A DNA stretch of 64,000 nt from an uncultured delta proteobacterium (GTDB lineage: Bacteria; Myxococcota_A; Polyangia; Polyangiales; JAFGIB01). Position numbers and translations under genes: made by a program. Numbering within the stretch: position 1 is the first letter of the stretch; every line of letters begins with the position of its first letter. Of this stretch, positions 21,136 to 29,911 are shown piece after piece. A model generated the notes under the pieces. It saw only the letters and a program-made list of their open reading frames with translations, was not told the DNA's origin and did no database searches. Location of the stretch: NCBI GenBank assembly GCA_963778655.1, contig CAVZVA010000003.1:128001-192000 (forward strand). The letters are read 5' to 3'.

Positions 21136-21858
21136 TCAGTTGGTTCCCGTCGGCGCGAGATCGCGCATCCCGCTGCTGCCTGGGCGCTGCACCGCCGGCG
21201 TGTCCCCGCTCGAGCTCGTGCCCGCGAGCCGGCCGGTGCCGGCCTTGAGCAGGGCGGTCAGCTCCTTGCCGATCGAGGCCACGTTGTCCTCGATCTCGGT
21301 GATGGTCTTCTGGATCACGTTGTAAGCGACCACCGCGGGAATCGCGACGAACAGGCCGACGCCGGTGGCGACCAGTGCCTCGGCGATGCCGCCCATGACG
21401 TTGGCCATCGACGCGGACGACTGGCTGGCGCCGAGCTGGTGGAAGGCGATGATCACGCCGAGCACGGTGCCGAACAGCCCGATGAACGGCGCGTTGTTGC
21501 CGAGCGTGCCGAGCAAGGTCGAGCCGCGCTCGATATCGCGTCGCTCGCGGATCATCCGGCCCTCCATCGCGTCGGCCACCGCGCCCGGCCCGCTCTCGGC
21601 ATAGCGCAGCCCGGACTCGAGCACGCGGGCCTCGATCGCAGGGCTCTGCTTGAGCAGCGCCCCGGCAGCGCCGAGATCTCCCTGCTGCAGAAACTCGATC
21701 AAGCGCTCGCCCAGCTCGTCGATGTCGTCGCTGCGCCGCCGGAAGAACCACCAGCGCTCGACCATGGTGGCGATCGAGAAGACGGAGAGCGTGAGCAACA
21801 CGTACAACACCCAGCTCGACCCGAGCAGCGCGATTTTGAGCAACTTTTCGATCAACAC
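21136..21858 (-). CDS. exbB: MotA/TolQ/ExbB proton channel
   Basis: LGTLGNNAPFIGLFGTVLG...EALVATGVGLFVAIPA. Confidence 0.93.
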   Translation of the reverse strand: MLIEKLLKIALLGSSWVLYVLLTLSVFSIATMVERWWFFRRRSDDIDELGERLIEFLQQGDLGAAGALLKQSPAIEARVLESGLRYAESGPGAVADAMEGRMIRERRDIERGSTLLGTLGNNAPFIGLFGTVLGVIIAFHQLGASQSSASMANVMGGIAEALVATGVGLFVAIPAVVAYNVIQKTITEIEDNVASIGKELTALLKAGTGRLAGTSSSGDTPAVQRPGSSGMRDLAPTGTN

Positions 21859-21872
21859 GGTGTTTCCCTTTC

Positions 21873-22877
21873 TCAGTGGAAAGTGAATTCAGTCACGAAC
21901 AGGCCATGTTCAGCCCCGTTGTTCGCGGAAAAGCCCAACACCTCGCCGCCCTGCTCGGCGACTTGCTTCAACGTGTCATTGCCGTCCTTGTCGGTCGCGG
22001 CGGTGTAGACCGCCACCCGGAAGCGCACCGCCGGCTGGTGACAGGCGTTGAAGAGATTGGCATAGATGCCGTAGCGGCCCTGGGGCATGACGTTGCTCCA
22101 GACCAGATCTTCGTCGCGCAGACCGTCGATGACGCAGGCGGCGTTGGAGTCGCGGTCGATGATGCCGGCGTCGTCCGGCAGCCCGCCGTCCGGATCGGGC
22201 GACGCCGTCATCGGATGCTTGGCGTCGATCCACTGGCCACCCGGCGTCTTGACCTGCAGATCGAGGTCGACGTTGGTGTCCCAGCTCAGCGAGATGACCG
22301 CCTTGGGCAGCGCCCGGTCAGGGTCGCAGACGTGCAGGTTGTCCGGCACCCGACCCTCGACGCACAGGCTGAGCGCGGTCTGCTGGCCAGCCACAGCATC
22401 CTCGTCGATCGCAACCATGCGCAGGTCGCGCTTGCCGGGCGCAATATCCCGGCCGAAGTCGAGATGGGCGTCCCAAATCAGATTGTCGCTCTGCGGATTG
22501 ATGCCGCCGGCAGGAAACACCCAGTAGCCACCTCCCACGCCCAGAAGCTGCATGCCGATCGCGCGCGTGACGGTGGTGGCCTCGCCGGCGAGCTTCTTGG
22601 CGCCTTCGCCCTGGAAGACGACGTTGCTCTGACTCATCACCAGGGTGATCTGCGGGGGCACCGCCGTACCGGCGTCGCTCACGGGAGCGGGGTTGGCGCC
22701 GGGCTCGGGTCTCTTGCCCGGAAGGCTTCCTGCCACGAACTGGGCGGGAATGTAGTCGTTGCCGTTGGGGCTCCAGGACACCCGGAACGGCTCGGAAACG
22801 CCGAGCTGATCCTCCGCGCCACCGCAGCCGAGCGCGGCAACCAGCACGAGCACGCAGGTGGCGCAGCGAGCGTTCAC
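21873..22877 (-). CDS. Lipoprotein of unknown function
   Basis: GTG overlaps the porin TGA; lipobox ALGC; ISLSWDTNVDLDLQV motif. Confidence 0.7.
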   Translation of the reverse strand: MNARCATCVLVLVAALGCGGAEDQLGVSEPFRVSWSPNGNDYIPAQFVAGSLPGKRPEPGANPAPVSDAGTAVPPQITLVMSQSNVVFQGEGAKKLAGEATTVTRAIGMQLLGVGGGYWVFPAGGINPQSDNLIWDAHLDFGRDIAPGKRDLRMVAIDEDAVAGQQTALSLCVEGRVPDNLHVCDPDRALPKAVISLSWDTNVDLDLQVKTPGGQWIDAKHPMTASPDPDGGLPDDAGIIDRDSNAACVIDGLRDEDLVWSNVMPQGRYGIYANLFNACHQPAVRFRVAVYTAATDKDGNDTLKQVAEQGGEVLGFSANNGAEHGLFVTEFTFH

Positions 22878-24544
22878 ATCATCCCCTGCAGCCGAAGGGT
22901 CCACTGATTGTTTTTGAAGTCGGCCGGCACCCCGCGCGTGTCGCGCGCGAGCAGGTCGTCGACGAAGTCGTACTGAAACACCAGGCGCGTGCGCCCGCGC
23001 AAGGTCAGACCGACCATCGGCGAGTAGGTGCGCACGTGCTGGGCGACTGGAACGGTCTTGCTGGCCCGCTGCTCGAACAGATCGGCGTTCGGGTTGTAGT
23101 AGTCGTAGCGGAAGCCGACCACGCCATACTCGGTGACCTCCTGTGTGAATGCGACGTAGTAGCTGAGCTCGCGCAGCGTCGAGCCATTGAATACGGGATC
23201 GGCGATGAACAGGCCGCGATCGAGGTTGCTCGCAGCCACCAGCTCGCCGTGCAGCATGCTCCAGCCCAGCTTGGTCCGGAACAGCAGCTCGAGGTCGGCT
23301 CCGAGCGCCCAGCGCGAGAAATTCTGCGAGCGCACGGCAGCCTGCGCCTGCAGGCCCTGCACGTCGTTGGCCTCGACCATGCCGTTCTGGTTGGCGTCGC
23401 GGAACTGGAGCATGTCCTTGGTCGCGTCCGTGCCCGGGTGAAAGCCCTTGCCGCGGTTGAACGACACGCCGCCCGCCAGTGCGACCAGGCGGCTGAGCTT
23501 GGTTTGCGCACCGAAGCGCGCGGTGACGTCCTTGTTGGCGTTGGGATCCTGGAGCTGAAACACGCTCTTCTCGTCGAGCGGCTCGCCGTTGGTGATCGCG
23601 ACCGAATAGCGCGCGAAGCCAAGGCCGCCCGAAAAGCGTACTCCCACGTCGGGCTCGCTCGGCCACAGCGCGCGCGAGCCGGTCGTGCGCTCCATGAACC
23701 AGCGCGGCCGTGACCCGTAGGGGATCTCGAAGCCGAACGGCAGGTCGAATTGGCCCAGCGTGAGCTGCGCCATCGGCGGCTGGTCTCGGTCCTTGGAGCG
23801 GCCATAGATCAGCGAGGCCTCGGCTTTCTGCACGCGCATCGTGGGGCCGTGCACGGTGTTGCCGTCGACCTCCATGGTGACCTGCGCGTAGTCCCAGTCC
23901 TTGGTGACGCGGATGCGCCCCCGGCGCAGCAAGAAGCGGTTCTGGTTGAGCGGCGCGCCGCCCGGCAGCAACTGGTCCTGCGAGTCCTGGTGCGACTCGT
24001 ACTGGGCCTGCAAATAGCCCGAGACCACCAGCTCCGGCTTGACCGGCAGCGCCGAGACGATCGGCGTCAATGAGTAGCCCGCGTCCGCGAGCATCGAATC
24101 CCTCGGGTCCTCACCGTGTACCTCGGGTGTCGCCGGCGCTGCGCTGGCACCCTCCGCAGTGGTTGCAGCTCGTGCCGCGGCCGCGCCCTGCGGCGCGGCG
24201 GGCGCAGCTGCAGGAGCCGCGGGCGGCGCCTCAACGGGCGCCGGCTGTGCGGGCGCGGCGGGCGGCGGCGGAGCTTGCGGCGGCGCAGCGGGCTGCACGG
24301 CGGCAGGCGCCACGGCGGGTGCCTCGGCGGGCGGCGCCGACGGCGCGGTGGGCGCAGCGGGCAGCGGTGCGGCCGCCTGTGCCGATTGCGCGGCGGGTTG
24401 CGAGGTCGCAGGCGCCGGCTGGGGCGGCACCGCTCGCGGCGGCGCGGCCTGGGCGAGCACCGCGTTGGGCAACACGACTACCATCAACCATCCGCCAACC
24501 AGGCAAGCCGACGAAAGAGAAAGATCGCATCTGCGTGATGTCAT
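22874..24544 (-). CDS. Outer-membrane porin, OprO/OprP-like
   Basis: Signal peptide and Pro/Ala linker, then SGYLQAQY...RFLLRRGRIRV...LTLGQFDLPFGFE...FMER motifs resembling phosphate-selective porins. Confidence 0.65.
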   Translation of the reverse strand: MTSRRCDLSLSSACLVGGWLMVVVLPNAVLAQAAPPRAVPPQPAPATSQPAAQSAQAAAPLPAAPTAPSAPPAEAPAVAPAAVQPAAPPQAPPPPAAPAQPAPVEAPPAAPAAAPAAPQGAAAARAATTAEGASAAPATPEVHGEDPRDSMLADAGYSLTPIVSALPVKPELVVSGYLQAQYESHQDSQDQLLPGGAPLNQNRFLLRRGRIRVTKDWDYAQVTMEVDGNTVHGPTMRVQKAEASLIYGRSKDRDQPPMAQLTLGQFDLPFGFEIPYGSRPRWFMERTTGSRALWPSEPDVGVRFSGGLGFARYSVAITNGEPLDEKSVFQLQDPNANKDVTARFGAQTKLSRLVALAGGVSFNRGKGFHPGTDATKDMLQFRDANQNGMVEANDVQGLQAQAAVRSQNFSRWALGADLELLFRTKLGWSMLHGELVAASNLDRGLFIADPVFNGSTLRELSYYVAFTQEVTEYGVVGFRYDYYNPNADLFEQRASKTVPVAQHVRTYSPMVGLTLRGRTRLVFQYDFVDDLLARDTRGVPADFKNNQWTLRLQGMM

Positions 24545-24601
24545 CGAGCTAAGAGGACTCTCCAATCTCTCCGCGAAACACTCAGCTTGACTGGGAAGCG
24601 C

Positions 24602-24643
24602 GAGCTCACCGGCGACCCCTGAGAGAAGCGCGCCGGTGAGCTC
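24602..24643. other. Intra-operon 13-bp perfect stem-loop
   Basis: gagctcaccggcg (24602-14), 16-nt loop, cgccggtgagctc (24631-43). Confidence 0.7.
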
Positions 24644-24660
24644 CGTGTGTGCTGGCTCGG

Positions 24661-25113
24661 TTAGGGAAGCTCTGGCACCCCGCCGTCGGCGAGGAGCTTG
24701 GTCAGCTTCGAGTTGTCGTACGGCGTGCAGGTGGCGTCCGTGCAGTGGTTGAGGAACTGCTCGAAGGTCGACGGGTCGTCGCACTTGTAACAACACTTCG
24801 CCGTATCCACGGCGCAGCCCGTCGAGTCCTTGTCGCAGCTGCCTCCGGCGTCGGTGCCGGCGTCGCTGCCAGCATCCTTGCCTCCGGCGTCGGTGCCGGC
24901 GTCGCTGCCGCTGCCGCCAGTGCCGCCAGTGCCGCCGCTGCCGCCAGTGCCGCCGCTGCCGCCTTTGCCGCCGCTACCGCCTTTGCCGCCGTTGCCGGCG
25001 CCTCCGTCGGATTCGGACGGCGTGTTGTTGTTGCTCTTGCTGCACGCCGGGAGCGCGAGACCCGCAACGATCAACGCGAGCGCGGCTACCTTCATCCAAT
25101 TCTTGTAAGTCAT
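24661..25113 (-). CDS. Small lipoprotein with Gly-rich tether and Cys-rich tip
   Basis: Lipobox LPAC, GG(S/T/K) and DAG repeats, C-terminal Cys domain ...QFLNHCTD. Confidence 0.75.
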   Translation of the reverse strand: MTYKNWMKVAALALIVAGLALPACSKSNNNTPSESDGGAGNGGKGGSGGKGGSGGTGGSGGTGGTGGSGSDAGTDAGGKDAGSDAGTDAGGSCDKDSTGCAVDTAKCCYKCDDPSTFEQFLNHCTDATCTPYDNSKLTKLLADGGVPELP

Positions 25114-25114
25114 G

Positions 25115-26332
25115 TCACTGTACCTCGCAGTAGCCGTAGTTGCAGTGGGGCGTCGCGGAGTCGCAATCGCTGTCCATGGTGCAGGTCTTGCACGCGCTCG
25201 GTGCCGTGCCGGTCGCCTCCTTGAGGAACTTGCACTCGCAGGACCTGTCCGGCATGTAGCTCATCAGCGGGCCAACCTCTTCGGTGCGCTTCACGCGCAT
25301 CGCGCAGTCGGGAACCACGCCGCCCTTGGCCTCGACCTGGACCAAGTCGATCTCGGTCGGAACCACGGCGCCCGAGAGGTAGTCGATCACCACCTTGGCG
25401 TCCGCGTTATCGACCACGCCGCTCGAATCGGTGTGTGCCAGCATGTGCAGCGGGCCCCAGATCGCGTAGTGACCGTCGCGGATATTGGCCTTGTCGAAGC
25501 TGGAAGCATCGGAGTCGGGCCAGTAGGCGCAGTCCTGACCGTAGGCCTGGAAGCCGAGCACGGTGACCTTGTCACGGTTCTTGTCGGTGGCATCCGTGGA
25601 TGCGATGCCGATCGACTTGTCGGCGTTGCCCGCGGTCGCAGCGGCTTCGAGCCCGTTGAGCAGGTCGGTCGTCGTCTGGTTGTGGGTGCCCTTGTACTTC
25701 GCGGCCGGCACGTGGATCGCAGCCGAGGTCATCTGCTGCGTGCCCGAGGTGTCGCTGCGTTGCTGGATGAGGGTCTCGTCGTCCCAGGGCGAAACCCCGC
25801 TGTCGTTGCCGAAGCCGTACACGAGGTAGGCGGCCTCGGCACTGATCACGGTTTGGGTGGAATCCTTGGGCACGCAGAACGTCATGGTTTGAACCGGCCC
25901 GAAGAAGTCCTTCACTGCCGACGGCGGCGTCATCCCGCAGCTCTTGGCGTAGACGTCGGAGACGCCGATATCGACCGTGTTGCCGTTGACCGAATCGAGG
26001 GTGCAGGTGCCCTCGGTCCCGGAGGTGTCCCAGATCGTTCCGTTGCCCATGATCGTGCCGGCCGGGGTCGAGCTCAGGTAGCCGACGCCCGTGCACGAGC
26101 CCTGACCTTGGTAGACGATGGTGATCGGGTCGCTAAGACCGGCGAGCTCCTTGGCTACCGAAGCCAAGAAAGGCTTCACCGCGCTCGATCCGGCTACGTA
26201 CACCGGCTTGGGTAGCGTGCTGCAGTCAGCGGCGCGAGCTTCGGCCGCCATGGCGAGCACCAGCGCCGCGGTCGCGACCGCGGGCAGCGCTCGCCCTATT
26301 TCTATAAGGGAGAAGCGTGGACGAACATTCAT
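25115..26332 (-). CDS. PstS-like periplasmic/secreted substrate-binding protein with Cys-rich C-terminus
   Basis: VYVAGSSAV, GQGSCTG, VDIGVSD, RSDTSGT, GHYAIW match the PstS/PBP2 motif order; SPase I-type signal (AEARA). Confidence 0.7.
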   Translation of the reverse strand: MNVRPRFSLIEIGRALPAVATAALVLAMAAEARAADCSTLPKPVYVAGSSAVKPFLASVAKELAGLSDPITIVYQGQGSCTGVGYLSSTPAGTIMGNGTIWDTSGTEGTCTLDSVNGNTVDIGVSDVYAKSCGMTPPSAVKDFFGPVQTMTFCVPKDSTQTVISAEAAYLVYGFGNDSGVSPWDDETLIQQRSDTSGTQQMTSAAIHVPAAKYKGTHNQTTTDLLNGLEAAATAGNADKSIGIASTDATDKNRDKVTVLGFQAYGQDCAYWPDSDASSFDKANIRDGHYAIWGPLHMLAHTDSSGVVDNADAKVVIDYLSGAVVPTEIDLVQVEAKGGVVPDCAMRVKRTEEVGPLMSYMPDRSCECKFLKEATGTAPSACKTCTMDSDCDSATPHCNYGYCEVQ

Positions 26333-26434
26333 GAGGTCATTCCTTCCTGCAGCCCCGGCGATTTCGGTGCCGAGGTGCTGGGCGGAAGCTAGGAGCCGCG
26401 CGTGACGTCGCAGCAGCGCCCTTGCGAACTTCTG

Positions 26435-26520
26435 GTGACAGCCGCGTGGCATGTTTCACGCGGAACCCTGCGGGTGGCGGGTGGCGATGAAGTCGCGGGC
26501 TTGTGACATTTGTGTGACGA
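26435..26520 (-). promoter_or_regulatory. Two Pho-box-like 11-bp-spaced direct repeats
   Basis: Minus strand reads TCGTCAC-ACAA-ATGTCAC (26503-26520) and ATGCCAC-GCGG-CTGTCAC (26435-26452), versus E. coli consensus CTGTCAT-N4-CTGTCA(C/T). Confidence 0.6.
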
Positions 26521-26816
26521 CCCACCCGAGCCCCATTTGTCACCAAAACTTCGCGCAACCGCAGCGAAGTCGTCAGACAGAACGCCTATCGGTCGCGGCT
26601 GGACTTTATGCCGGCAGGTCGCCGAGACCCGTTCGCGAGATCTCAACGCACGCCAACCCCGACCGGCCGTGCGGGCCGAACACCGGGCTCGTCCACGACT
26701 GCGAGGCGGCGCGGCAGCCGCGCCTCGCACCACGGCGCGCCGTCGTGACCCCGCCGCCGAGACGCAGCCGCCTCGAGACCCCAGCGCAGGTGCCGGAGCC
26801 GCCACGCGTTGCGCTG

Positions 26817-27479
26817 ATGACGCTGAGCGCATCGATCGCGACCGGCCCGTTGCAGGAGCGCCTGGGCGCGGACGCGGCCGAGATCGAGCTGTGGAGCACG
26901 GCCATGCTGCAGGGCAACCCGCCGGCCGCACGCATGATCGTGGTGGCTTGTTTGCCGCCCAGCACCTCCGAGACGGCGCTGCGCGCGATCGTCGCGTGGG
27001 GCGAGCGCGCCAGCGAGCCGGTAGGCTTCATCGGCTACGCGCCGCAAGGCACGGTCGAAGACGCCGAGCGCGCGCTGGCCGCAGGCTTCGACGATGTGCT
27101 GGCCGGCCGCGATTCTCCGCGCGAGCTGTCGGCGCGCGTGCGCGCGGTGGCACGGCGGCTACGCCGCGCCAACCGGCACGCGGTCGAGCGCCTGCGCACC
27201 GGACGCATCACGCTCGACCTCGGCCGCCACGAGCTGATCGTCGGGGAGCTGCGGGTGGCGCTCACGCCGCTCGAGCTGCTGTTGATGCGCGCGCTGGTAC
27301 AGGCCGGCGGCCGCCCGCTCAGCCGCGAGCATCTGCTGGGCGCGGTCTGGGGCGCCGAAAGCGTGGAGGTCGGCCCGCGTGCGGTCGACAATCTGGTCTG
27401 GCGCCTGCGCCAGAAGCTGGGCGACGCGCGCGTGTTCGGCGTGGTACGCGGCGTCGGCTTCCGCTTGCTGGGTGAATGA
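26817..27479 (+). CDS. OmpR/PhoB-family winged-helix regulator with atypical receiver domain
   Basis: ALAAGFDD, ELSARVRA, LTPLE..L, SREHLL..VWG, AVDNLVWRLRQKLG, VRGVGF. Confidence 0.85.
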   Translation: MTLSASIATGPLQERLGADAAEIELWSTAMLQGNPPAARMIVVACLPPSTSETALRAIVAWGERASEPVGFIGYAPQGTVEDAERALAAGFDDVLAGRDSPRELSARVRAVARRLRRANRHAVERLRTGRITLDLGRHELIVGELRVALTPLELLLMRALVQAGGRPLSREHLLGAVWGAESVEVGPRAVDNLVWRLRQKLGDARVFGVVRGVGFRLLGE

Positions 27480-27681
27480 CCGACTTGAGCGACTCAGCTG
27501 CCGGCGGCGGAGGCGGCGCGGGTCTTGTCCTGCCCCAGGCCCAGCGGGGAACCCGCGCGCCGCGCCCACCGCCGGCGGCCGTGAAACCCGGCCTTTCCGC
27601 GCAGCTGCACCGCCCAGCCAGGGCCCTGCACCCACCAGGCTTGACGCTGCACCGCGCCGGCAGCCAAGCTCGGCCACGCCC

Positions 27682-29893
27682 GTGGAGCGCAAGAACCTGG
27701 CCGGCGACCTGTGGGGCGGTCTCGCCTCGATGCTGGTGGCGCTTCCGGCGTCGATCGCCTTTGGAGTCGGCGTCTACGCGCCGCTGGGCCCGGGCGCGGC
27801 CGCCCAGGGCGCGTCGGCGGGGCTGCTCGGCGCGACCGCGCTGGGCATCATCGCACCGCTGTTCGGCGGCACCGAGCGCCTGATCACCGCTCCCTGCGCG
27901 CCCGCGGCCGCGGTGATGGGCTCGCTCGCGATGGAGCTCGCAGCCCACGCCCACAGCGGCCGGCCCGCCGCGCCGGAGCACGCGCTCGTCATCATGACGC
28001 TGGTCGCCCTGATCTCGGGCAGCCTGCAGATCCTGTTCGGGCTGCTGCGGGGCGGCACCCTGATCAAGTACGTGCCCTACCCCGTCGTCACCGGCTATCT
28101 GAGCGGCGTCGGTGTGGTGATCTTCCTCAAGCAGATCCCCGATCTATTCGGCTTCCCCAAGTCGCTCTCGATGCTGGCCGGGCTGTCGAGCCCCGGGCAA
28201 TGGGAATGGCACAGCCTCGCGGTGGCGGCCGCCACCATCGCCGCGGTGCTGCTGGCCCCGCGCCTCACCAAGACCGTGCCCGCGCCGATCGTAGGCCTGG
28301 CCGTCGGCGTGCTGACCTACTTCGCGCTCGGCCTGCTGCACCCCCGGCTGCTCAGCTTGGCCGGCAACCGGCTGGTGATCGGCCGGCTCGGCGGCGCGAG
28401 CCTTAGCTTCGGCTCGGCCCTGAGCGCGCGCTGGGCGGCAGCCACACAGCTCGGCGTCGACGATCTGGCGGCGAGCTTCGTGCCGGCGCTCACGCTCGCG
28501 GTGCTGCTCTCGATCGACACGCTCAAGACCTGCGTCGTGGTCGATGCCATGACGCGAAGCCGTCATGACTCCAACCGGGAGATGCTCGGCCAGGGCCTGG
28601 CGAACCTCGGCGCGGCGGTGTTGGGTGGCATGCCCGGCTCCGGCACCTCGGGCCCGACCCTGGTCAACGTGGCCAGCGGCGGCCGCACGCGCCTGTCGAG
28701 CGTGATCGAAGGCGGCCTCGCGCTGTTGGCCTACCTGCTGCTAGGCCCTCTGATCGCCTGGGCGCCGCTGGCCTCGCTGGCGGCGATCTTGTTGGTGGTG
28801 GCCTACCGCATGTTCGACTGGGGCAGCGTGCGCCTGCTCAAGCAGCGCTCCACCCAGCTCGACTTCGTGGTGATCGCGACCGTGGTGGCGGTCGCCGTCG
28901 GGGTTGGCCTGATCACGGCCTCCGGAGTCGGCATCGCGCTGGCGATCGTGCTGTTCATCCGCGAGGAGGTACGGGGCACGGTGATTCACCGCAAGCTGTA
29001 CGGCAACCACGTCTTCTCGCGGCAGAAGCGGCTGCCGGAGGAGACCGCCGTGCTGGAGCGCAAGGGTGACCAGACGGTGGTCTACGAGCTGGAGGGCAAC
29101 TTGTTCTTCGGCACCACCGACCAGCTGGTCGGACAGCTCGGGCCCGACGTCGCCACGCGGCGCTTCGTGATCCTCGACATGCGGCGCGTGCGCTCGGTCG
29201 ACTTCACCGCCATCCACATGCTCGAGCAGATGCACGCGCAGCTCGCCGAACGCAACGCGCACCTAGTCTTCAGCAATCTGCCCAAAGCGCTCCCGACCGG
29301 ACGCGATCTGCGCAGCTACTTCGACGAGGTCGGCCTGGTGAAGCCCGCGCGCGACATCCGCATCTTCAACCAGCTCTCGGACGCGCTCGAGTGGGCCGAG
29401 GATTGCATCCTGCAGGAGGAAGGCCGAGGGCAGCACGCGGACGAGGTGCCCATGACCCTCGAAGAGGTCGACTTCGTGCAGGGCCGCAAAGAGGAAACGC
29501 TGCGCGCGCTCGAGGCCGCGCTGGTGGAGCGGAGCTTCACGGCGGGGCAGACCGTGTTTCGCCAGGGCGAGGCCAGCGACGAGATCTACTTCATCCGCCG
29601 CGGCCGGGTGAAGATCTTCACCGCGCTGAAGGAGGGCGGCCAGCTCCACATCGCTACCTTCGGCCGCGGCGACTTCTTCGGCGACATGGCGTTCCTCGAC
29701 AGCGGCGTGCGCTCGGCGGACGCCGTCGCCACGGAGCCGACCGATCTCGTTCGCACTCTCGCGCCAGAAGATGGACGAGGTCACGGCGCAGCACCCGCGC
29801 CTGGGCCAGCAGCTGTTCGCCAGGCTGGCGCGCGCGCTGGCGTTGCGCCTTCGTCACGCCGACGGCGAGATCCGCGCGCTCGAGGAGGCCTGA
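27682..29893 (+). CDS. SulP/SLC26 anion transporter with STAS and cNMP-binding domains (apparent +1 frameshift at about 29749)
   Basis: GDLWGG...ALPASIAFG, NREMLGQGLAN, LEGNLFFG, DMRRVRSVD, GDFFGDMA..RSA. C-terminus continues in the shifted frame to TGA at 29893. Confidence 0.88.
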
Positions 29894-29911
29894 GCTCGCG
29901 TGCGCTGCGGC

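Noticed and set aside
24840..24995. Nested 9-, 18- and 39-bp repeats
   Set aside because: They encode the Gly/DAG linker of a lipoprotein; ordinary low complexity.
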